From: a virus
Taxonomy: Duplodnaviria; Caudoviricetes
Length of the DNA stretch: 34,268 bases
IMG/VR virus record: IMGVR_UViG_3300029286_000145
Location: 1-34,268 of that record
Reading direction: 5' to 3' (one strand)
Shown: piece by piece, positions 1 to 9,224 of the stretch
How positions within the stretch are numbered: the stretch's first letter is position 1
Layout: the number at the start of each line of letters is the position of its first letter
Position numbers and translations under genes: made by a program
Notes under the pieces: generated by a model
What the model saw: only the letters and a program-made list of their open reading frames with translations
Database searches by the model: none
Told to the model about the DNA's origin: nothing

Positions 1-663
1 GATATTGGTATCAAAGATTTTATGGTTTGTTCAGATGGTCAGGTATTCAATAACCTGAAATTAAGAAAAAACAATGAAAAGACATTGGTTAAACTGCAAC
101 GACAATTATCAAAGAAAGTTGTTGGAAGTCATAACAGATATAAAGTCAAGATAAAACTTGCAAGAAAATATGAAGAATTAAATAATATTAAAATAAATTA
201 CATACATAACATTACAACTCAATTAGTTCGTGAGAACCAAACGATAGTCATTGAGGATTTGAATGTTAGTGGTATGATGAAAAATCATAATTTATCAAAA
301 TCAATTCAGGATTTATCAATTAACGAAACATTTAGACAACTAAAATATAAATGTGAATGGTACAGAAGAGATTTGGTGGTGATAGATAGATGGTTTCCTT
401 CAAGTAAACTATGTTCAAAGTGTGGTTATAAGTATAAAAACTTATCATTGAAAGAAAGAGATTGGGCGTGTCCTGATTGTGGTACACATCATTCAAGAGA
501 TTTCAACGCAGCCACGAATATAGTTAACGAAGGGAAGAGATTGATAGGGATACGTTATCCCGAATTTACGCTTGTGGAGTATCCGCTTATGGACGAACAT
601 TCAGAAATGAATCTAAGAAGTAATGATACGATGAAACAAGAAGAAAAAGTTACACAGGTGTAG
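1..663 (+). CDS. tnpB: TnpB RNA-guided endonuclease, 5' end outside window
   Basis: Frame open from base 1 (DIGIKDF, RuvC-I). RuvC-II IVIEDL, Zn finger CSKC...CPDC and RuvC-III RDFNAATNI are all intact. Confidence 0.93.
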   Translation, partial: DIGIKDFMVCSDGQVFNNLKLRKNNEKTLVKLQRQLSKKVVGSHNRYKVKIKLARKYEELNNIKINYIHNITTQLVRENQTIVIEDLNVSGMMKNHNLSKSIQDLSINETFRQLKYKCEWYRRDLVVIDRWFPSSKLCSKCGYKYKNLSLKERDWACPDCGTHHSRDFNAATNIVNEGKRLIGIRYPEFTLVEYPLMDEHSEMNLRSNDTMKQEEKVTQV

Positions 664-687
664 ATTTGTGTAAGATTTTTTTAACGG
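520..687 (+). mobile_element. TnpB omegaRNA scaffold and element right end, probably IS607-type (ends ...TAACGG)
   Basis: Overlaps the tnpB 3' end. Contains GGACGA...CTAAGAAG...TGAAAC, shared with the element end at 34143-34268. Hairpin TTACACAG/TTGTGTAA, then ACGG at 684-687. 5' boundary approximate. Confidence 0.6.
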
Positions 688-920
688 TTTGTAAAATCAT
701 GAATTTGACAATTTGATTTTGGTTTAGCATAAATAATTCTATGACCATCTTCGGTCATATCTTTATAATACTTTAACATTTTTGGGTATTTGGTTAAAGA
801 GAAATATATCCCATCACCGGATTCACCCGTTGCGACTGTTAGTTGAAATTCGTTTTTTTCTACTCTAACAAACGGATAATTATTTTGATTTTCTGATAAA
901 AATTCGAAAAACGTTTTCAT
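681..920 (-). pseudogene. Probably truncated ART-like protein with capsid-targeting-like N-terminus
   Basis: Starts MKTFFEFLSE. GIYFS...IIYAKPK...IHDFTN parallels GTFFST...LYEVHLKP...LFDTKN of 10289-11182. Stops exactly at the TnpB element end. Confidence 0.5.
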
Positions 921-939
921 GGAAACGTATATATAAAAA

Positions 940-970
940 AAAAAGGACTGAAAATATTCAGTCCTTTTTT
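940..970. terminator. Intrinsic terminator (bidirectional shape) after the gp32-like gene
   Basis: AAAAAAGGACTGAA-AATA-TTCAGTCCTTTTTT stem flanked by A and T tracts. Confidence 0.85.
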
Positions 971-988
971 CAATGAAAAATAATTTAA

Positions 989-1999
989 TTACTTTTCAGC
1001 TTCACCATCACCGAAATTGAAAAATTCATCCAAATCAGCGTCTGCAGTTACAGTCTGTTGTGTTGGTTGTTTAGTTCCACCAGTTGGAGCTGTATTACGT
1101 ACTTCTCTTGCTGAAGATTCAGCAAACATTACATCATTTCCACTAATGATCTTTAAGATACGAGTAACTTTATCTCTATCTTCATCTGACCATTCCTTGT
1201 TTGGAATGTGGTCTTCAAGATTCACCTTTTCATCACGAGCTAAAAGGACTTCCTTGATTTTAGCTTGCCATTTACTGTCTCTTACTTCACCGTTTTCATC
1301 TACTTGAACAGTCACAAATTTTTGTGCCTTTTCGTTATAGATTTTTAAAGGTGATACTTCCAAGAAAGTACTGTTGTCATAATCTGGGAAAGTACCAACA
1401 GAAGTTTTTCTTTCCTTAATAATCAACATGAAGTCTTTACCCTTTCCGAAATCAAAAATGTTACATTTTGTTCCGGTAACTTCACCTGTATTTTCAAGAT
1501 TGATCTTTTCTTTGATTTTGTACCCGTAAGGGAAAACCAAAATTTTACCAACTAATTCCGGGTGTTGAACATCTTCCAAAACCATGATGTAACTATAATA
1601 TTTAGTATTTCTACTTAAATATTCAGATTTTTCAACATCAGCTTGATTTTTTGATTTCTTCAACTTCCAGTACTGTGTACAAAGATCACACTTTTCTTTG
1701 AAGTTTCTTTCACAATCATAATAACCTACTAAATCAGAATGATTGTCAAATGGTCCGTGTGCGATATAATGCACATGTTTTTCAACAGATGCTGGACCTA
1801 ATTTTCCACCACGAGTTAAATTACGAAGAAAACGAATTTTTGCTTTGTAACCTACTTTTGGGTCTTGGGCTTCTTCCAGAGTTGGACGAAAAATCCCGTC
1901 TTGGTTTTTGGTTTTCTTGTTAAGAAAACTCATTTCTTCTTTTTGTTGTTCTGCGTCAGACTCGAACAAAAATTTGTCATCAAATTCCTTGTATTCCAT
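989..1999 (-). CDS. T4 gp32-like single-stranded DNA-binding protein
   Basis: KIRFL; Zn ligands H...C...CDLC; YYSYIMVLEDxxHPELVGK; FDFxKGKDF...PDYDNSTF; acidic tail DADLDEFF. Confidence 0.88.
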   Translation of the reverse strand: MEYKEFDDKFLFESDAEQQKEEMSFLNKKTKNQDGIFRPTLEEAQDPKVGYKAKIRFLRNLTRGGKLGPASVEKHVHYIAHGPFDNHSDLVGYYDCERNFKEKCDLCTQYWKLKKSKNQADVEKSEYLSRNTKYYSYIMVLEDVQHPELVGKILVFPYGYKIKEKINLENTGEVTGTKCNIFDFGKGKDFMLIIKERKTSVGTFPDYDNSTFLEVSPLKIYNEKAQKFVTVQVDENGEVRDSKWQAKIKEVLLARDEKVNLEDHIPNKEWSDEDRDKVTRILKIISGNDVMFAESSAREVRNTAPTGGTKQPTQQTVTADADLDEFFNFGDGEAEK

Positions 2000-2179
2000 A
2001 CATGCTTTGATTGTTTTTTAGAAAGCCTTAAATAATTTTAAATCTTTCGTTTAAGCCAATTAATCTAATAAACTTTAAATTGCCTTTAAACCTTTTATAA
2101 CCCCAAAACAAAAAAGTTTTAAAAATTATAAACGGCTCTATTATATATAAAATTTATCCGGTCCTATTTGGTATTTTTG

Positions 2180-2695
2180 TCATTTATTTTCGATTATTTT
2201 CAAAAATAATTCAATTCTTTTTTTATGATTAAAAGCTAAATCATAATTCTGTATATCTTTTATATTAACATAAAGAATTTCTGTAATTTCATCACTTATT
2301 TTAGTTTCTTCAAATGTAAATTTTGAATCAAACACAACACCATATCCCAATGCTACATTTTGTCTTTCACTATCTGGTTTTGTGTTAATATAAAATGGAT
2401 CTTCATTATTATTGAATATAATTTTATGTGTATAATCAGGTATGTATAAACCTGTTTCTTCATAAACTTCCCTTATCATACATTCCCATCCATTTTCATC
2501 CCAATCTAAATAACCACAAGGGCAACACCATCTTCCGGGTTGTTCCATTTTATCTGATCTTTTTTCCAATAAAACAAAATATTCATTATCTTCTTTGAAA
2601 ATTAAAACAGATACAATAGCGATAGATCTTGAAATCCAATATTCTTTTCCATCGACTTTAATACAATCATTTGGCCTACTCTTGAACTTCATCAT
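2180..2695 (-). CDS. NUDIX hydrolase
   Basis: Nudix box GYLDWDENGWECMIREVYEETGL; C-terminal LAFNH. Confidence 0.92.
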   Translation of the reverse strand: MMKFKSRPNDCIKVDGKEYWISRSIAIVSVLIFKEDNEYFVLLEKRSDKMEQPGRWCCPCGYLDWDENGWECMIREVYEETGLYIPDYTHKIIFNNNEDPFYINTKPDSERQNVALGYGVVFDSKFTFEETKISDEITEILYVNIKDIQNYDLAFNHKKRIELFLKIIENK

Positions 2696-3014
2696 ATTCT
2701 TTGTTTTTTAATATTTTATAAATAATTCTTGATTCAGTTTCCAACCCTCTTTTTTCCAATTCTTCTATACTAATTTCTACCATACAATCCAAGAAAAGTT
2801 TTTTTAATTGATCAGGAACAAATTTTTCACTTATCTTTTTCTTCTTCAAATTATTTATAAATCGAACACAAAATTCATCATAAGTCCATTCAATGCCTTT
2901 TCCATCATAACGTTCAACAATTTTAGATACATCTTCTTTCATCTCTTTAAAATGTTTCCTATCTTCAACTAAACTATTAGTCAACATTTCCAACATTTCC
3001 TGCTTCATTTCCAT
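2676..3014 (-). CDS. Hypothetical protein, paralog of 2977-3306
   Basis: EMLTNSLVEDRKHFKEM...WTYDEFC aligns with the neighbour's EFLTEIFVEKRDIFKKM...YTYDTFC. Confidence 0.75.
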   Translation of the reverse strand: MEMKQEMLEMLTNSLVEDRKHFKEMKEDVSKIVERYDGKGIEWTYDEFCVRFINNLKKKKISEKFVPDQLKKLFLDCMVEISIEELEKRGLETESRIIYKILKNKEYDEVQE

Positions 3015-3306
3015 TTTTCGGATATTTAATTTTTAATTTTAAAAAAATCTCACCCAAAATTATATTTGTATAAAAAGATACCATATTCATATCCATGTAA
3101 TCTACTTCTGGGTGTCTTTGAAAAAATGATACAAAAACTTCTAAATAATCAGCACAAAAAGTATCATATGTGTATTGAAAATCTAATTTCATACTATCCT
3201 TAATAGTTTTATTTACTTCAAGTATCATCTTCTTGAAGATGTCTCTTTTTTCAACAAATATTTCTGTTAGAAATTCAGTAATCTCGTCGGTTCTATCATT
3301 AATCAT
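2977..3306 (-). CDS. Hypothetical protein, paralog of 2676-3014
   Basis: Shared motif with the adjacent ORF; overlapping, operon-like arrangement. Confidence 0.75.
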   Translation of the reverse strand: MINDRTDEITEFLTEIFVEKRDIFKKMILEVNKTIKDSMKLDFQYTYDTFCADYLEVFVSFFQRHPEVDYMDMNMVSFYTNIILGEIFLKLKIKYPKNGNEAGNVGNVD

Positions 3307-3411
3307 TAACGGGGAGATAATTATTTTTTTTAATATATTGATTATAACCTAAAAAGTTTTAATTTAACAAACCTTGTTTTAATATATACAAATAAAAATG
3401 TCAATCATTTA

Positions 3412-5604
3412 ATGGCGACAGCAACAAATACGGCGACACAACAAGGTATTATTTCAACAAAATTATATCTTGATAGTAGAAAATATTCTAATCAAAAGTA
3501 TGGTGAAGTATTAAACATGAATAATAATACAAATTATTCAATATCACCAAATTCCGTTAAATTATTACCAGTTGTTTCAAATGATGGGAATTATATTAAA
3601 TTATTTACGGAAACAAATATGTCTATTAATGTTGGTGATCACGTTTTTATAATGTACGATGAAAACATGAACAGAGATCTTGACGATATAAATTTGGGAA
3701 CGGGAAGAACTGTTTTGGATAGTTATTACGAATTTAGTGGTTGTACAGATTGGATATATTTAAATCAAGAACAAGGTTATGAAGTTATCAAAGTAAATGA
3801 AACAAATAATGAAATAACAATTAAACGTTTTTACGATTCAAGTTTAGATAATGTAAAATTATATAATCATTATTTAACCAAAATATATGTTCACCAAATG
3901 AATTTTTATGGTGGTTGGGTTGATGGTGTTTGTTTTAGAAAAGTTAATTTTAATAACTCAACAGATACTTATATCGATGTTGATATAAAACAATGTATCG
4001 TTCTAAGTGGCACAAACGCTTTTTATGTTGACATGAGAGATAAATATGATAGTCAATATGTTAGTGTAAATTCAAGAATCATTGATACCATCACAGGAAC
4101 AAAATTAACTTTTAGTCCATATAAATATAAAGATTTTAGTTCCGTTTCAAGAACAGATAGTCCGGTTACAAGTTATTTCACATATAACAATAATTCATTT
4201 GGTTACACATATATAAATTTCACTAAATTTTACAATTCAATAATAAATAATGGATTTTATACTAATTGTATTTTTTCGGGTGGCACTATATATGGTGGTG
4301 GTTTTGATAGATGTGATTTTTATGATGTTGAAGTTCAATCTGGTGATTTCACAAATTGTAATATAAATGCAAATTCTATTTGGCATTATGGAATATGGTA
4401 CGGAAGTGGATCTACTTACTTTGGTCCCGGAACTCCAACAAACCCTTGGTATAATGGTATATGGAACGAAGGTATATTTAGTGGTAAAACTTGGGTTACT
4501 GGTATTTTCAATAGTGGAATGTTTGAAGATTCAGTTTGGTTGGGTGGAACATTCAATGGTGGTGGAAGTATATTTAATCCAAATGGTGATGAAAATTTTA
4601 AAAACAGTTATTGGACTGGTGGAACATTTAATTATGGTGGAATGTCAAATTGTATATGGTCTGGTGGGACATTTAATGGTGGATTCATTGAAAATTCACA
4701 ATGGTTAAATGGTATATTTAATAATGGTATATTTCAAAATAGTTATTGGAGTGGTGGAACATTTAATAATGGAACAATGAATTCAAGTTATTGGTATAAT
4801 GGTAAATTTAATAATGGTAAATTTAATTCATCTTATTGGTATAATGGTATTTTTAATAGTGGTACTTTTACATCTGGTGGTGTAAATACGTCTAGTTTCT
4901 TTGTTTCAAGTGCAACAACATATAAATGGATGGATGGTACATTTAATGGTGGTGAATTCAAAAACTCTTTCTGGGTAAAAGGTGATTTCAAAAGTGGGAA
5001 ATTTATTAAAAGTATGTGGAGTGGTGGTACTTTCTATTATGGTGATTTTAATGATTCTACTTGGTTATATGGTGATTGGTTGAATGGTATTGTTAATAAT
5101 TCTGTTTTTCATAATGTAAATTGGACACAAGGGACATTTAATAGTGGTCATATGGGAAAACAATTTCTCATTTCAAATTTAACAAAATATGATGTACCAA
5201 TAGTATTTTGGAGTGGTGGTACTTTCAATAATGGAATTTTTGGTAATCCAAATTGTGTTAAATGGCAAACAGGTTTACCCGGATCTTATATTAATAATGA
5301 AATACCATCTTTATATGCAACATACCCATCTATAATAAATTGGTATGGTGGGGATTTTTATGGTGGTAAATTTTATGTAAATTATAAAGCAACAGGTGTT
5401 AATAAATCGACATTATCAACACCTAGTGGTGGTTGGTATGATGGTGTTTTTCACGAAGGTTACTTTTATGGTATTTATTTGGGTGGTCATTGGGTTAATG
5501 GTTTATTCCACGACAGATCTTATAATTGGACAGATCAAATAATACCATATTCAGTAAAACTTAATTACGCTGTTCGTAACGATAATATTCATTTATCCTA
5601 TTAA
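3412..5604 (+). CDS. Gly/Trp-rich repeat protein (predicted beta-solenoid), possibly virion-associated
   Basis: C-terminal half built from many WxxGxFxxG repeats (e.g. SYWSGGTFNNG). AATATATA at 3381 upstream. Confidence 0.8.
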   Translation: MATATNTATQQGIISTKLYLDSRKYSNQKYGEVLNMNNNTNYSISPNSVKLLPVVSNDGNYIKLFTETNMSINVGDHVFIMYDENMNRDLDDINLGTGRTVLDSYYEFSGCTDWIYLNQEQGYEVIKVNETNNEITIKRFYDSSLDNVKLYNHYLTKIYVHQMNFYGGWVDGVCFRKVNFNNSTDTYIDVDIKQCIVLSGTNAFYVDMRDKYDSQYVSVNSRIIDTITGTKLTFSPYKYKDFSSVSRTDSPVTSYFTYNNNSFGYTYINFTKFYNSIINNGFYTNCIFSGGTIYGGGFDRCDFYDVEVQSGDFTNCNINANSIWHYGIWYGSGSTYFGPGTPTNPWYNGIWNEGIFSGKTWVTGIFNSGMFEDSVWLGGTFNGGGSIFNPNGDENFKNSYWTGGTFNYGGMSNCIWSGGTFNGGFIENSQWLNGIFNNGIFQNSYWSGGTFNNGTMNSSYWYNGKFNNGKFNSSYWYNGIFNSGTFTSGGVNTSSFFVSSATTYKWMDGTFNGGEFKNSFWVKGDFKSGKFIKSMWSGGTFYYGDFNDSTWLYGDWLNGIVNNSVFHNVNWTQGTFNSGHMGKQFLISNLTKYDVPIVFWSGGTFNNGIFGNPNCVKWQTGLPGSYINNEIPSLYATYPSIINWYGGDFYGGKFYVNYKATGVNKSTLSTPSGGWYDGVFHEGYFYGIYLGGHWVNGLFHDRSYNWTDQIIPYSVKLNYAVRNDNIHLSY

Positions 5605-5662
5605 TTTTAAACAAAAAACAAATTCTTTTCTATAATAATCATAAACTATAATAAGAAAAATT

Positions 5663-6478
5663 ATGAAAGTATTAGAATTTATTAAGAAATATTATCCGTT
5701 GATATTATTTGGAGCTTTAATTGTAATGTCTGTTTTTTTATTTCAGACTTGTTCAACTTTAAAGACTGAACGTGAAAGAGCAGCTTATCAAGAAAAACTT
5801 TGGAATCAAAACATGATGGCTATGAAAGATAGTATAACTATCGAATTTAATAAGAAATTAAAAGCTTATGAATTTTCCAGAGAAACTTTTTTGGTTCAAA
5901 AATTGGCTGATTTGGAAAAATACAATAAAGATCTTTATAACGAAGTTAAGAAAATAAAAGGTGATGTTATTTCCGTTATAAATTCCAAAATACAAGGTGA
6001 TTTGGGTGGTATTAAAGCTGATAATAAATTGGTCATTATAGATTCAACCAAACATCATTATGGATTAAACTTTGGTTCATTTTATTCTGATTCTAGTTTT
6101 AAACAAAAAATCGTTGGTACAAGTAGATTCTACATGATACCTAATGATAAAAAATGGATAATTCAACCAGATATTACCGTATTTGATACAAATTTCACAG
6201 AAATAAAAATAACATATGGATTCAGAGAATTAGATAAAAAATATCAAGTCTATGCAATATCTAAATCACCAAAACTCCAGTTTACTGATTTAACAGGTGG
6301 ATATTTTATTGATAAACAACCACCACCGGAACCAGTTAAAGCTAAAAAGTGGGCAATTGGACCATATATCGGGTTTGGTTTAAATACCGATTATAATCTA
6401 GCAAACCCAAGATTTGGATGGAGTGCTGGTTTTTCTGTCCATTATGATGTCTTTCAATGGAGATTCGGAAAAAAGTGA
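5663..6478 (+). CDS. Membrane-anchored coiled-coil protein with C-terminal amphipathic beta hairpin; possible spanin-like lysis protein
   Basis: N-terminal hydrophobic helix ending FQTC, coiled coil, PPPEP linker, then WAIGPYIGFG...GWSAGFSVHYDVFQW. Function is inference. Confidence 0.55.
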   Translation: MKVLEFIKKYYPLILFGALIVMSVFLFQTCSTLKTERERAAYQEKLWNQNMMAMKDSITIEFNKKLKAYEFSRETFLVQKLADLEKYNKDLYNEVKKIKGDVISVINSKIQGDLGGIKADNKLVIIDSTKHHYGLNFGSFYSDSSFKQKIVGTSRFYMIPNDKKWIIQPDITVFDTNFTEIKITYGFRELDKKYQVYAISKSPKLQFTDLTGGYFIDKQPPPEPVKAKKWAIGPYIGFGLNTDYNLANPRFGWSAGFSVHYDVFQWRFGKK

Positions 6479-6588
6479 TTTTTTAGTCCTTTATTTTTAA
6501 TATATATGTTTCTATTAGAGTTTTTATGCTCAATTAAAAAAATGAGTTTTAAACTTTAATATATAATAGAAAAATAATTAAAAATCAC

Positions 6589-7098
6589 ATGGCAAAGAAT
6601 CTAACAAATTTCGAAGATTTTCAGAATAAGAGAAAATCAGTTACCGAAAAAAAGGTTGATAATATTGAAAACGTTGAAAAAATTGATGAAGCTCAATCTC
6701 AAAAAGAAGTTGATTCAATTCCTATCGTTAAAATGGTAAATTTTCCTATTGCTTTGGTAAAAAGTTTTATTAAGAAAGTTTCAGATGAAACCGGAAAAGA
6801 TATCGTTAAAGGTGGTGTATGGTCAGATGACTTAATCGCTAGAACTTTAGTAGATTACACAATTTCAAACTTAATGATAATTGAAAATTTCCCAGTATCA
6901 ATTGTAACTGGAAACGCTGATACTAAATCACAAGCTCAAGTTGCTCAAGCACCTGCCCAAACTGCACAACAAGTGCCACAAGCACAAGTGCCAGCACCAC
7001 AAGGTCAACAAGGTGGTCAACAAATTCAAAGTCCACCAGCAACAGTAGGTACACAAAACCCACAACAAACAGCTCAACAAATACCACCAACCGAATAA
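6589..7098 (+). CDS. Hypothetical protein with Gln/Pro/Ala-rich tail; possible head-internal protein
   Basis: Starts MAKNLTNFEDF (targeting-peptide-like). AATATATA at 6558. Confidence 0.75.
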   Translation: MAKNLTNFEDFQNKRKSVTEKKVDNIENVEKIDEAQSQKEVDSIPIVKMVNFPIALVKSFIKKVSDETGKDIVKGGVWSDDLIARTLVDYTISNLMIIENFPVSIVTGNADTKSQAQVAQAPAQTAQQVPQAQVPAPQGQQGGQQIQSPPATVGTQNPQQTAQQIPPTE

Positions 7099-7117
7099 TA
7101 AAAAATTAATATAAAAA

Positions 7118-7999
7118 ATGGAATTGGATATTAAAGACTTGTATAAACTTTTTGAAGATAATAATTTATCTCCTAAAACTCCTGTTGTTCAAGAACAGAA
7201 ACAACAATCAAATAGTATGATCAAAATTGGGGATATTGTTGTTACCGAGTTCAAAGGTCGTGAATTTAAAGGTGAAGTTTCAAGAGTTTATGAAAAAGCT
7301 GGAAACGAACAATTTGATATTAAAGTTGGTGAAACTATTATATCGGTTAAATTCGAAAATATCCTTGAACATTATCCAAAAAACAGAAGGTTTGAAACTA
7401 CAAAGAAAGAAATCAAACCAGAACCTAAACCTGTTGTGAAAGAAACTGTTAAAACGGTTATTAAAAAGGTTGAACCAAAAATTGTTGAAACTAAAGTTGA
7501 ACCAAAAAATCCAGAAAATCAATCACCAAATAAGATTGATAAGGAAGAAGAACCAAAAAAAGTTCTTCCGGATCCAAAAAAATTGGAAAAAGAAGAAGAA
7601 AGAAAAAGTCCAGATAATGCTGTTCCAATCGAAGAAAAAGTGTTAGATTCAAAAAAGGAAGTTAAAGTTATCGGAAAAGTTGTTCATTTTAGTGGTTTAA
7701 AACTTCAAGAGGTTACAGATTTTCTTATGAAAAAAGGTATTGACAAAGAAAAATGTTGGTATATGATTTCAGAAAAAGAAAATGGTGAGATTCACGTTAT
7801 TAGAAATAATGATAAAGGATTTAAAATTCAACCTTTTGTTTTAAGTTTTATGGATATTCAAATCAAAGATAAACATTTAAATGAAAGTTCATCACAAATA
7901 AAAATTAAAGGAAATAATAATTTTTCAATTATTTCTGAAATTCCAAATGAACTCTACGATTTAGTTAGAAATGGTTTAATTGTTCTTTTATCAAAATAA
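7118..7999 (+). CDS. Hypothetical protein with SH3/KOW-like segment and Lys/Glu/Pro-rich linker
   Basis: IKIGDIVVTEFKGREFKGEV barrel-like segment; N-terminal LYKLFE. Confidence 0.75.
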   Translation: MELDIKDLYKLFEDNNLSPKTPVVQEQKQQSNSMIKIGDIVVTEFKGREFKGEVSRVYEKAGNEQFDIKVGETIISVKFENILEHYPKNRRFETTKKEIKPEPKPVVKETVKTVIKKVEPKIVETKVEPKNPENQSPNKIDKEEEPKKVLPDPKKLEKEEERKSPDNAVPIEEKVLDSKKEVKVIGKVVHFSGLKLQEVTDFLMKKGIDKEKCWYMISEKENGEIHVIRNNDKGFKIQPFVLSFMDIQIKDKHLNESSSQIKIKGNNNFSIISEIPNELYDLVRNGLIVLLSK

Positions 8000-8009
8000 A
8001 TTTTTTAAA

Positions 8010-8270
8010 ATGAAACACATTAAAGACATCAAATTAAGTGAAGATTTCGAAATTGGTAAATGGGATAAAAGATTCAATTTTGAAGATTTTGATGATACAG
8101 ATATTTCTGGAATGAGAATGGAAATTTCAATAGATGAATTAATCGCTGATGTAAAAGAATCAATTGATAGAACAATTCCTAAAGTGGGTTATCCAATATT
8201 AAAAAGAAGTGCGGTAACTGAAATCAAAAAACTTTGGAAAGAAAAAATTGATCAATGGAAAGTAGACTGA
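8010..8270 (+). CDS. Hypothetical protein
   Basis: First in-frame ATG after the upstream stop gives MKHIKDIKLSE; followed by a terminator. Confidence 0.65.
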   Translation: MKHIKDIKLSEDFEIGKWDKRFNFEDFDDTDISGMRMEISIDELIADVKESIDRTIPKVGYPILKRSAVTEIKKLWKEKIDQWKVD

Positions 8271-8282
8271 TATGAAATACAT

Positions 8283-8306
8283 ACCCACCTATACGGTGGG
8301 TTTTTT
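8283..8306 (+). terminator. Intrinsic terminator
   Basis: ACCCACC-TATAC-GGTGGGT followed by a T tract. Confidence 0.85.
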
Positions 8307-8331
8307 ATGCCAAAATTTTATATATAAACCT

Positions 8332-9177
8332 ATGATAACAAAATTCAAAATATTTGAAGATATAAACCCAAAAGATATCACAGGTAGTAAGAAGAAAGAA
8401 TTTGATTATTCGATTCAAACTATTATTGATGGAAAAAGAGATGTCGGTTTTATTTCAGATGTTTGGTCACCGGATTTAGTTAGAATTGAAGAAAAAGGAT
8501 TAAAGGTAATAAAAACCAAACCAAATACTTATATAGTTTATAAAGATGAAAAGAAAGCAAAAAGATTATTTGATATTGCATCTAAACATGATGGTTATTT
8601 AAATGATCAATCCCCAGAAGAAGCTCGTGAAATAGGTGAATTATTAGGATATACAAGTAAATCGATTGAAAAATACGTTAAGAAAAGATATAGAAAAGTT
8701 GAAGATTTTAATAATTGGAATAATGAAAAACCAATAACAGGATGGGATTACGGTGATGATAAAATTTCAGACATTTATCAAAGAAATGTTTATCCTAAAA
8801 ATAATCCGTTATCACATAAAGCACATAGTTTTCTAGTCAACTGGTCATGGAATGATAAATTTTTGAAACATTATCAAAATAATGGAGTTAAAGAAATTGA
8901 TCCTGAAATAGTTAAAGAATTATCTAAATATAAACCAAATACTGAAGTAACACTTTATAGAGTTATTTATGATTTAAAAGGTGAATTAAAATATTCAAAA
9001 AATAAATTGAAATCATATTGTAGAAATTTAGATACTGCTTTAGGAATGATGAATGATCCGGGATATATGGAAATAAAAACATATAAACCAGAAAAAATTT
9101 TAGTAGATACAACATTAATACCAAATTATAGTAATTTAGATTTAATAGAAGAAGTAATATGTATAACGGGAAAATGA
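8332..9177 (+). CDS. MITKFKIFE-tagged two-domain protein; C-terminal domain ART-like (R-S-E type)
   Basis: Start moved to 8332, after the terminator and TATATA. VTLYRVI...LKSY...IEEVI resembles R-S-E ADP-ribosyltransferase motifs. Confidence 0.65.
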   Translation: MITKFKIFEDINPKDITGSKKKEFDYSIQTIIDGKRDVGFISDVWSPDLVRIEEKGLKVIKTKPNTYIVYKDEKKAKRLFDIASKHDGYLNDQSPEEAREIGELLGYTSKSIEKYVKKRYRKVEDFNNWNNEKPITGWDYGDDKISDIYQRNVYPKNNPLSHKAHSFLVNWSWNDKFLKHYQNNGVKEIDPEIVKELSKYKPNTEVTLYRVIYDLKGELKYSKNKLKSYCRNLDTALGMMNDPGYMEIKTYKPEKILVDTTLIPNYSNLDLIEEVICITGK

Positions 9178-9224
9178 TAACAAACTTTAAAATATTTGAA
9201 CGAAGTGAAAATTCGTTATTTGAG
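9174..9224 (+). repeat. 51-bp inverted repeat, copy 1 (partner 11132-11182)
   Basis: ATGATAACAAACTTTAAAATATTTGAACGAAGTGAAAATTCGTTATTTGAG; 49/51 identical to the reverse complement of 11132-11182. Confidence 0.95.

Noticed and set aside
3412-5604. Diversity-generating retroelement or DNA tandem array in the Gly-rich gene
   Set aside because: Repeats are conserved at protein level only, with no near-identical template/variable pair and no reverse transcriptase in the window.
6930-7095. CAA-rich quasi-repeats
   Set aside because: Explained by the Gln/Pro/Ala low-complexity protein tail.
8272-8331. ORF-track start at 8272
   Set aside because: The extension spans a terminator and the TATATA motif; 8332 gives the family tag MITKFKIFE.
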